DNA from: Vulcanimicrobiota bacterium
Lineage (GTDB): Bacteria > Vulcanimicrobiota > Vulcanimicrobiia > Vulcanimicrobiales > Vulcanimicrobiaceae
Direction: 5' to 3'
Assembly: GCA_003133025.1 (NCBI GenBank)
Contig: PKZK01000151.1
Coordinates: 1 to 10,833 of the forward strand
DNA length: 10,833 nt
The position numbers were made by a program, and so were the translations under genes. The notes under the pieces are model-generated. The model made no database searches. It was given only the letters and a program-made list of their open reading frames with translations, and was not told where the DNA came from. Position 1 is the stretch's first letter. The number at the start of each line of letters is the position of its first letter. Below, one piece after another: positions 1 to 6,953 of the stretch.

Positions 1-435
1 GCTTCATGCGCAGAGATTGGACCGTCGACCGCTCGGCTCCTCACGCCGCTCGCAGGAACCAGCTTCTACACACTTTTCCGGACACTATCAAAGGCTTCCG
101 TGTTGACCAAGATGCTCTACCGACTGCGAACTCCCCAGGGCCGCGCGCTCTACGCGTGCGCAAACACACGGTTGAGCCGGTATTCGGAAATCTCAAGCGC
201 GCGATGCGGTTTTGGCAATTCCTCCTCTGCGGCTTTGAAAAGCGAGCGGCGAGTATTCTGTTGGGATGTATGGCACGGAACATCAGGCGGTTATCGAACT
301 TGGGTGCTTGGATGGGATGTGAAGCGGAAAATAGGGCTCACTTTACCTCCGCGCTATCGGCGACGCCGGGCCATTAGACCCACAACCCTCTCACGAGGGA
401 ACTCTCTCGCTTCGCTAAGCCCGACAAACTGCTAG
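1..435 (+). mobile_element. Right part of a degraded IS1182-family-like insertion sequence, ending at a probable right terminus followed by CTAG; left part lies outside the window
   Basis: Contains a frameshifted transposase C-terminus. Positions 415-435 read CTAAGCCCGACAAACTGCTAG, resembling the AAGTCCGACAGGCTG-CTAG style ends I recall for this group. The left end is not visible, so inverted-repeat pairing and target duplication cannot be confirmed. Confidence 0.65.
100..377 (+). pseudogene. Frameshifted C-terminal fragment of an IS1182-family-like DDE transposase
   Basis: The frame from 100 reads KMLYRLRTPQGRALYA. Near 157 the similarity moves to the 6..377 frame, RKHTVEPVFGNLKRAMRFWQFLLCGFEK...CMARNIRRL. 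Joined, these match the family pattern M..RL.T..GRALY..RK.TVEPVFG.IK...GFRQF.LRG..K...EW.L.C.A.N..RL. Boundaries are approximate. Confidence 0.8.
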
Positions 436-628
436 TGATCCAGTGATCTAGCCGAAAGGCCTGCTGCTTCATTCATAGCTGAGGCGGTTAGCGTGAAGTC
501 GGCGACGCATCCATCGATGATGGCGCTGCTAACCGTGGTCGACGGTTCGCACGACTCGCCTCCGATCCAAGGTTGTACCTGATCTACGTTCCGAGGCTGG
601 GACGCGGAGGTTTCCCGCTTCTCGCAGT

Positions 629-667
629 TTGACGGCGCTTGACATTTGTCGCTCGATAGGCTAAAGA
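629..667 (+). promoter_or_regulatory. Possible sigma70-type promoter for the 938-aa gene
   Basis: Perfect TTGACA at 639-644 and a second TTGACG at 629-634. At 17-bp spacing the -10 is only TAAAGA (662-667), a poor match. Confidence 0.25.
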
Positions 668-712
668 ACTAAGAGGTACACTGGCAAGTCTTTTCCAGAA
701 GAAACGCCGCTT

Positions 713-717
713 GAGGG
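713..717 (+). promoter_or_regulatory. Ribosome-binding site of the 938-aa gene
   Basis: GAGGG located 7 nt upstream of ATG 725. Confidence 0.55.
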
Positions 718-724
718 TTTTAGT

Positions 725-3541
725 ATGCGATGCTCTCGGATTTGGTTTACGCTGCTCGTTGCTATCGGACTAACGCTACCTCTTGAGGCTCGCCTCCCGG
801 CCCAAACCGTAACGCCAGCGCCAACCGGCACTACGTATCCTTGCTTTCCGATCACTAGCTTGGCCACTGGAATTGATATGACGGGGATAAACGACTCCAC
901 GGTCGGATTTCAAGCGGCAGTAACCGCTCTCACCTCGACCGTCCCAGTTGGGTCCACCGGCCTTGGCGTGACGAGCCCTAACTTCGGTGGGTGTATCTCC
1001 ATACCACCCGGGGTGTTAAAGATTAATCGCGATATCCTATTTTTGTGCTCCACGGTCTCGGATGGCCCTTGCGCAAGCATTTACGGCGCTGGCACCCAAA
1101 ACACTACTATCCTTGAGACCAATGCAAATTCTAATGTTTTCGATGGCTGCCCGACTGCCGATGATACCAAGAACAGCAAGAACGCAACGGCTGCAGGCTA
1201 CGCGCCCAACATGAATGTGACGTACACCGCTTCAACCGGACCCGTGTGCCCTTCCATGCCTTTGGGTGCGAATGCCCAGAATGGACTGGTGTTTGCCGAC
1301 CTAACGTTGGCGTACGCGACTCAGGCCACACCGGCCACTGGCTTTGGGGGAACATCTCCCGCCTGCCTAAACACCTCAACGTGTGGCGTTGCCCCGTCCG
1401 TCTGGAGTTTCCCAAATATTGGCGGTCTTCTTATCAAGGACGTGGCGGTTGTAAACGGATTCGACTGTATTGATGCCGGGTTCGCGAACTTTATTAAGGT
1501 TGAGGGACCTGGCGCCGGCTCACCGGGTGCCAGTACGACCGAGTTCGAATGCGCCGGGGACTTTTTCGCGGCACATGGCGGTCAAGGCACGATTGTGATT
1601 GACAAGGTCTCATGGAAGGGCGGTCGCGGTACGGGCAACCTAGGTACCCCCCTTTCGCAGGGCGTCTTTATGGACTATACCGACCTCAACGCGTCGCGGT
1701 ACCTCGCTACTGCTAACACCACCGTGACTAGCATTTCGAATAGCGACCTAGAGGGTGGAGCCTGGGGTTTCCTTAATTTCGCCGACGCTAACACAATCAT
1801 TGGGGATACAACCATCTCAGGCACGCTTTGTGACGGTTTCACCTTCTCTTGTTATGCTTTCATATCGGTGCCAGGTTACACAAAAAATGTCGGCTCATCG
1901 CAGCATTTATCTATCGACAATACGCGGTGGATCACTTCATGGTACGACGCGGTATACCTCGATGGCGGCTTCTACACCGGCGCAAGTGGAGGCGCAACGC
2001 TCTCAATCGGCGGGAACAATCTCCTTGCCGGCTCAAATATACGTGATCTCGGATCGGCTGTCACTTATCTAGCAAATAGAGATCTGTCGATGCAGTATGC
2101 AGGAGATGATTCTGGCCCTTATCCCACACCCATGCCGACGTTCAATCCTAACGGCTTCTATGGGACTGCCGGGTCCACAGACGCTTCCGCCGTCCAGGTC
2201 GTTCTAAATCCGGCGAGCGCCTCAATACCGTCGTTTCCGTGCGCAGTCGTCACGATAGGACCGAACGATAATGTTCGAAACGTGGTCGCAAAAATACCGG
2301 CATCATGCAATTCGAGCGAAGCGGGAAACGCAAACCTGTTTTCAACATCGCTCTCAACTTCGCTTAGTCACGGTATGGGTATAACCGCAACCGTGGCCAG
2401 CACGACCGGCATGGAGCCAGGGGTCAGTGCCTCAGTCGGAGCCGGAACCCCGAATCAGGAAACTGTATCGATCATAACGGTCCTCTCCAGCTCTCAGTTC
2501 ACCGCAAATTTTTCGAACAATCACGGTTCCGGCGAGACGGTACAGCAGTTTCCGGCGCCACCGTATCAAGTCACGACGACTTACGCAGCTAACTCTTCTT
2601 ACGGATTTCTCCAGTTCTTAGAGTGGCCCAATCCGTTTCCAACGCCACCAGCAGTCGCAAATATCGCACCTGGTCCACTAAATCAGGGGAATCCGACTGT
2701 TGCGGAGAACCTCGATTCGTACACGGTGTTCACTTCCCAAAATATCGAGCCCGGGCCAATCCCACTACCTTGGATGACGGCAGGCCCCGGTTCGCCTTGC
2801 GGGCCCGTTCCGAGCGGGTTGGCGGCGGTTCTTCCTAGTGGGGTGAGTGTGCCGGTTTACTGCCAGATCGGCTACCTAACTTACGGGGCCTCAGTAAAGT
2901 TGACGAACGACCATCGTGGGATAAGAGTTCGTGGGAACTCGATGACCAGCAGTAATGGGGCCTGCGTATGGCTAGACCCCGGAACTGGCCGACAGTTGGA
3001 TCTTGGGAACAACTACATGGGTTCGGGGTGCGCGTTCCCGCTAGTCTTCCCATCGCCTGCGTCATCGCCGCCAACCGACTACAATATATCAGCGAACGAC
3101 ATGTCCAACGCAGGGTCTGGAATTTTTTCGCCTCCTCAGCCCTTTCTCAATGAACCACCCGCTGTGCTCTCGACGGCGCGGCCCGGTGGCGGCACGGGAC
3201 TGAATAAATTGACTGGCCAGATTTCCGGCAACCGGGGCATCTTTTTCATCTATCCAACCATTTACAACAATTTCCCGGTGGTTCTGACTACGATCTCTTC
3301 GACCTCTACCCCTCAAACATATTACAATCTTAGCCCCTACAACTGCGTAGTCAACGCATCGAATAATGGCGCAACGATCATATCGACTTCAATTGGTCCA
3401 AATCCAGTCCCAACTGGGGCTCCAACTCCGTATCCTGCGTTTGTCTCTTCCTTCACCTTGCCGCCGGAAGGTAGTTTTAGCTATACGTTCGCTACTGGCT
3501 CAACAGGGAGTATCTCGGTAGTCGAAACATGCTCTGGGTAA
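725..3541 (+). CDS. Large secreted right-handed beta-helix protein (pectate-lyase-3/GH55/tailspike-like N-terminal cap), 938 aa; substrate unknown
   Basis: Sec-type signal peptide MRCSRIWFTLLVAIGLTLPLEA. Cap motif TGINDSTVGFQAAV...GGCISIPPGVLKI...SIYGAGTQNTTI matches G..DDTAAFQAAI...GG.V.IPPG.Y.I...I.GAG...T.I. Rich in Gly/Ser/Thr/Asn with beta-helix-like rungs (IRVRGNSM, LDLGNNYM, YNISANDM, ISGNRG). RBS present. Function is inferred from motifs only. Confidence 0.75.
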   Translation: MRCSRIWFTLLVAIGLTLPLEARLPAQTVTPAPTGTTYPCFPITSLATGIDMTGINDSTVGFQAAVTALTSTVPVGSTGLGVTSPNFGGCISIPPGVLKINRDILFLCSTVSDGPCASIYGAGTQNTTILETNANSNVFDGCPTADDTKNSKNATAAGYAPNMNVTYTASTGPVCPSMPLGANAQNGLVFADLTLAYATQATPATGFGGTSPACLNTSTCGVAPSVWSFPNIGGLLIKDVAVVNGFDCIDAGFANFIKVEGPGAGSPGASTTEFECAGDFFAAHGGQGTIVIDKVSWKGGRGTGNLGTPLSQGVFMDYTDLNASRYLATANTTVTSISNSDLEGGAWGFLNFADANTIIGDTTISGTLCDGFTFSCYAFISVPGYTKNVGSSQHLSIDNTRWITSWYDAVYLDGGFYTGASGGATLSIGGNNLLAGSNIRDLGSAVTYLANRDLSMQYAGDDSGPYPTPMPTFNPNGFYGTAGSTDASAVQVVLNPASASIPSFPCAVVTIGPNDNVRNVVAKIPASCNSSEAGNANLFSTSLSTSLSHGMGITATVASTTGMEPGVSASVGAGTPNQETVSIITVLSSSQFTANFSNNHGSGETVQQFPAPPYQVTTTYAANSSYGFLQFLEWPNPFPTPPAVANIAPGPLNQGNPTVAENLDSYTVFTSQNIEPGPIPLPWMTAGPGSPCGPVPSGLAAVLPSGVSVPVYCQIGYLTYGASVKLTNDHRGIRVRGNSMTSSNGACVWLDPGTGRQLDLGNNYMGSGCAFPLVFPSPASSPPTDYNISANDMSNAGSGIFSPPQPFLNEPPAVLSTARPGGGTGLNKLTGQISGNRGIFFIYPTIYNNFPVVLTTISSTSTPQTYYNLSPYNCVVNASNNGATIISTSIGPNPVPTGAPTPYPAFVSSFTLPPEGSFSYTFATGSTGSISVVETCSG

Positions 3542-3582
3542 CTCTGTGGGGGACCCCGAGACGGGCGGATCCATCCTCCCCG

Positions 3583-3601
3583 GAATTACCGAATTACCGA
3601 A
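3583..3601. repeat. 8-bp tandem duplication GAATTACC-GAATTACC-GAA
   Basis: Read directly: GAATTACC at 3583-3590 and 3591-3598, in the gap between the two convergent genes. Confidence 0.7.
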
Positions 3602-3621
3602 CGGCATGCACATCTCGACGT

Positions 3622-4737
3622 TCACGGACGCGTTTCGTCGAAGATCAGCGCGTCGCGTTGGAGTTGGATGTTGAGCAGGATGCCGATCGCCGCGAAGTCC
3701 GTTAAAATAGCGCTGCCGCCGTAAGACATGAAGGGCAGCGGGATGCCCGTGATCGGCATGATGCCGATGGTCATGCCCACGTTGACCACCACGTGAAAGG
3801 CGAGCATTGCGACGATGCCCACCGCGAGCAACAAGCCGAAGCGGTCGTGCGCGGCGAAGGCGGCGCGCAAACCGCCGAAAAGGATGATGCCGTAGAGCAG
3901 CAGCAGCCCGAGCGCTCCCACGTAGCCCAGTTCCTCGCCGACCACCGTGAAGATGAAGTCGCGCGAATGTTCGGGCACGAAATCCAATTGCGTTTGCGTG
4001 CCGCGATAGAGGCCCTTGCCGAAGAGTCCGCCGCTGCCCACCGCGATCTTCGATTGGTTGAGATTCCAGCCCGCGCCCTGCGGGTCGGAGTTGGGATGCA
4101 AGAAGATCAGCAAGCGATTGCGCTGGAACGGTTTGAGCACGGCGTTCGTGCCGACGACGAACGCCGCGGCCGCAGTCGCAGCCGCCGCAAACACGCCGAA
4201 GTGCACGACATTGCTGACGCCGAAAAACAATTCCGCGCTGAGGATCGCGCCGATGACGAGCGTGGTGCCGAGATCGGGCTGCTTGAGGATCAGGAACGCC
4301 GGAATCGCAACCACGCCGAGCACCACGAAGATGTCGCGCGGCGTCACCGTCGGCCGTCGCGCCAAGAGCGCCGCAATCGCCATGGCCAACACGAGCTTGG
4401 CCGGTTCCGAGGGTTGAAACGTGCCGAGCGGCCCGAGCGAGAACCAGCGTTGCGCGCCGAGCGCGCTGTGGCCGCCGCGCATGACCAGCGCGAGCACGAT
4501 CACGGTGATGCCGTAGAGCCACAGCGCCGGGCGTTGCCAACGCCGATAGTCGTACACCGCGCACGCGCCCATCAGCACCACGCCCAGGCCGATGAAGAAC
4601 AATTGCTTGCGCCACTCCCCGGACGCGCCGGGGTTGCTCAAGTCTGCCGAGTGAATGATCAGGACGCCGAACAGGGCCAAGGCCACCGTCGAGAGCGCCA
4701 AGAGCCAGTTGAAGCGGCGGAACCACGGTCGCTCCAT
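3622..4737 (-). CDS. rodA: Rod shape-determining protein RodA (SEDS-family peptidoglycan glycosyltransferase), 371 aa
   Basis: Multi-pass membrane protein with GAQRWF, FQPSEPAK, QPDLGT, LKPFQRNRL, DPQGAGWNLNQSKIAVGSGG, PE..RDFIF..VGEELG and MPITGIPLPFMSYGGS. Position directly after minE matches the clostridial-type minCDE-rodA order. Confidence 0.93.
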   Translation of the reverse strand: MERPWFRRFNWLLALSTVALALFGVLIIHSADLSNPGASGEWRKQLFFIGLGVVLMGACAVYDYRRWQRPALWLYGITVIVLALVMRGGHSALGAQRWFSLGPLGTFQPSEPAKLVLAMAIAALLARRPTVTPRDIFVVLGVVAIPAFLILKQPDLGTTLVIGAILSAELFFGVSNVVHFGVFAAAATAAAAFVVGTNAVLKPFQRNRLLIFLHPNSDPQGAGWNLNQSKIAVGSGGLFGKGLYRGTQTQLDFVPEHSRDFIFTVVGEELGYVGALGLLLLYGIILFGGLRAAFAAHDRFGLLLAVGIVAMLAFHVVVNVGMTIGIMPITGIPLPFMSYGGSAILTDFAAIGILLNIQLQRDALIFDETRP

Positions 4738-4764
4738 TGCCTCGACCTTGGCCTCAGGCCGCGA

Positions 4765-5292
4765 TCAAGCCTGGGCCGAGTGCCCCGCCGACAGACCCGG
4801 TTGCACGCCGGCCTTGCCGTTCGACGCTGCCGCGTTTCGCTTGCGGCGGCGTTTGCGCGGCCGCGGTGCGGCGGGAGCGATCGGCAGCTTCTCGGGTTCC
4901 AGCGCCGCAACCGGCGCAGGGCCGGCCTCGACGGCCTCCGCCTCAACCGGTTCGAGTTCCGGTTCCGGCTCGGCAATCGCAGGCGGATCCGGCGCGACCG
5001 CAACGGCGACCGGCGCGAGCGCGACCGGCGGGAGCGTGCGTTCGCGAACGCGCAGGATGGGCACGCTGGCCAGCATCGCCACCTCGCGCTCGCGATGGTC
5101 GAAGGTCACCTCGGCTTGGCTTGCATCGTATTCGAAGTAGCGCGAGAAGACGTCGAAGAGATCGGCCTTGAGCGCGTCGATCGTTTCGGGTGCGAGCGAA
5201 AGATGATCCGAGAGCAGCACCAAGCGCAGGCGCTCTTTGGCCGTGGCGCCCGAGCCTTGCGGCTTGAAGAGCGACTTGAAGAAATCGAGCAC
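4765..5292 (-). CDS. minE: Cell division topological specificity factor MinE with a long C-terminal extension, 175 aa
   Basis: N-terminal amphipathic helix MLDFFKSLF, then SGATAKERLRLVLLSD, LKADLFDVFSRYFE and LASVPI. GTG start abuts the minD stop (TAG GTG), with GGAGG upstream. Confidence 0.92.
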   Translation of the reverse strand: MLDFFKSLFKPQGSGATAKERLRLVLLSDHLSLAPETIDALKADLFDVFSRYFEYDASQAEVTFDHREREVAMLASVPILRVRERTLPPVALAPVAVAVAPDPPAIAEPEPELEPVEAEAVEAGPAPVAALEPEKLPIAPAAPRPRKRRRKRNAAASNGKAGVQPGLSAGHSAQA

Positions 5293-6156
5293 CTATCGCC
5301 CTCCGAACAGCGAACCGAACTTGGAAAAGAAACCCGGCTCGGCCACCTTCACCGTCGGCGGCGGCACGTCGTTGCCGGCCAGGCGCGAGGCGATTTGCCG
5401 GTACGCCGCGCCGACCGGCGAGTGCTCGTCGAGCGCGATCGGCCGGCCCTTGTTGGTGGCGATGATGATGCCGGGCTCGTCGGGGATCACGCCGAGCAGC
5501 GGCAAGCGCAGGATTGCGTCGACGTCCTCGACCGAGAGCATCTTGCCCTTGCGCACGAGCGCGGGCCGCAAGCGGTTGACCACCAGTTCCGGCTTCCAAT
5601 CGTGCGGCAAGAGTCCGACGACGCGGTCGGCGTCGCGCACGGCCGAGACTTCGGGCGTGCAGACGACGATCGCGTGACCCGCGCCCGCGATCGCGTTGCG
5701 AAAACCCGTCTCGATGCCGGCCGGGCAATCGATCAGCACGAACTCGAAGCGCGCGCGCAACTGCTCGATCAGCCCGATCATGGCCTCGGTCGAAACGTCT
5801 TCTTTCTCGCGCGTCTGCGCGGCGGCGAGCAGGTAGAGCGAGTCGACGTTCTTGTCGCGCACGAGCGCGTCGTCGAGTTCGGCCTTGTTCTCGATCACGT
5901 CGAGCACGTGATACTTGACCCGCGCCTCGAGGCCGAGCACGATGTCCAAATTCCGCAATCCGACGTCGGCATCGACGAGCACCACGCGCTTGCCCAACGC
6001 CGCGAGTGCGGCGCCCACGTTGGCGGTGGTGGTGGTCTTGCCCACGCCGCCCTTGCCCGAGGTGATGACGATCGCGCGGCCGAGCGGCGCGACGGGCTGC
6101 TCGCCCACCGGCGCTTCGGGCACCGGCGCTGTGATCTCGGTCTCGATGGCTTCCAT
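5293..6156 (-). CDS. minD: Septum site-determining ATPase MinD, second copy (287 aa from ATG 6156)
   Basis: ITSGKGGVGKTT deviant Walker A, DADVGLRNLD, AAQTR, IDCPAGIE.GF, PEVSAVRDADR and a C-terminal amphipathic helix GFFSKFGSLFGGR. Start moved from the track's 6594 to ATG 6156, 5 nt after the upstream minD stop. Confidence 0.92.
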   Translation of the reverse strand: MEAIETEITAPVPEAPVGEQPVAPLGRAIVITSGKGGVGKTTTTANVGAALAALGKRVVLVDADVGLRNLDIVLGLEARVKYHVLDVIENKAELDDALVRDKNVDSLYLLAAAQTREKEDVSTEAMIGLIEQLRARFEFVLIDCPAGIETGFRNAIAGAGHAIVVCTPEVSAVRDADRVVGLLPHDWKPELVVNRLRPALVRKGKMLSVEDVDAILRLPLLGVIPDEPGIIIATNKGRPIALDEHSPVGAAYRQIASRLAGNDVPPPTVKVAEPGFFSKFGSLFGGR

Positions 6157-6161
6157 GGCGG

Positions 6162-6953
6162 CTACCCGGCTTTCCAGATTGAGAAGAGCTTGGTCAAGAA
6201 CGTTTGCGACTCCAGACGCGTCAGCGGAATCTTCTCGCCTTCCAAACGACGCGCGATCTTGAGATAGATCGGCGCGAGGCGCTGGTTGGGATCGAGCACG
6301 AGCGGCTCCCCGCGATTGGTCGTGTCGATCACTTCTTCGTCGTCGGGGATGATGCCCAGTATCTCGGTGCGCAGCACGTCGCGCACGTCGTCGACGGTCA
6401 TCATCTCGCCGCTGGCCACCATCTCCGGCCGGATGCGATTGACGATCAGTGTATGCGGCAGGCCGCGCTCCTTCAATTTGCCCACGACGCGATCCGCGTC
6501 GCGAATCGCGCTGACCTCGGGCGTGGTAACCACGATGCCCTCGCGCGCGCCGGCGACCGCGTTGCGAAAGCCGTGTTCGATGCCGGCCGGACAATCGATC
6601 AGCACGAAGTCGGCTTCCTCGGCGAGTTCGCCGATCAGCGCATCCATCTGCGCTTCGGTTACCGCCGTCTTGTCGCGCGTTTGCGCTGCGGGCAAGAGGT
6701 GCAGCGAGGTGAACCGCTTGTCGCGGATCAGCGCTTGGCGCACTTGGCAGCGGCCTTCGACGACTTCGACCAAATCGAAGACGATACGCTTCTCCACGCC
6801 CAGCACGAGGTCGAGATTGCGCAAGCCGATGTCGGTATCGACCAGCACTACCTTATAGCCGCGCTTGGCCAAAGCGGCGCCGAGGTTGGCCGTGGTCGTC
6901 GTTTTGCCCACGCCGCCCTTACCCGAAGTGATCACGATGCGCCGCCCGGCCAT
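6162..6953 (-). CDS. minD: Septum site-determining ATPase MinD, first copy, 263 aa
   Basis: ITSGKGGVGKTT, DTDIGLRNLD, GVEKRIVFD, LIRDKR, PAAQTRDK, IDCPAGIEHGF, PEVSAIRDADR and C-terminal helix TFLTKLFSIWK. The start overlaps the minC stop (TGATG at 6951-6955). Confidence 0.95.
   Translation of the reverse strand: MAGRRIVITSGKGGVGKTTTTANLGAALAKRGYKVVLVDTDIGLRNLDLVLGVEKRIVFDLVEVVEGRCQVRQALIRDKRFTSLHLLPAAQTRDKTAVTEAQMDALIGELAEEADFVLIDCPAGIEHGFRNAVAGAREGIVVTTPEVSAIRDADRVVGKLKERGLPHTLIVNRIRPEMVASGEMMTVDDVRDVLRTEILGIIPDDEEVIDTTNRGEPLVLDPNQRLAPIYLKIARRLEGEKIPLTRLESQTFLTKLFSIWKAG

Noticed and set aside
485..535. Integron attC site (GTTAGC / GCTAAC)
   Set aside because: The core sites are in the wrong order for an attC (AAC should precede GTT), there are no L boxes, and no integrase or cassette array is visible.
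585..630. c-di-GMP-I riboswitch suggested by TGGGACGC
   Set aside because: The GCAAA(C) and GNRA-capped P2 elements and the following AAAGC/P3 stem are missing; only a short chance match.
725..800. Lipoprotein signal for the 938-aa protein
   Set aside because: The only nearby Cys is residue 3, before the hydrophobic segment, and there is no lipobox.
3793..6267. 824-aa plus-strand ORF and other long ORFs overlapping the min-rodA operon (3500..4726, 4943..5728, 6204..6977, 7034..7795)
   Set aside because: Antisense or off-frame shadows of well-supported high-GC3 genes, with no recognisable motifs.
6157..6594. 433-aa version of MinD2, or a MinD1-MinD2 frameshift fusion
   Set aside because: The extra N-terminus is an Arg-rich alternative frame of minD1, as expected in high-GC DNA. 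ATG 6156 follows the minD1 stop by 5 nt, and I saw no slippery sequence.
5293..6953. One of the two ATPases being ParA/Soj, FlhG or Mrp rather than MinD
   Set aside because: Both have MinD-specific GLRNLD, AAQTR.K, PAGIE.GF, PEVSA.RDADR and a C-terminal amphipathic helix, and both lie between minC and minE.
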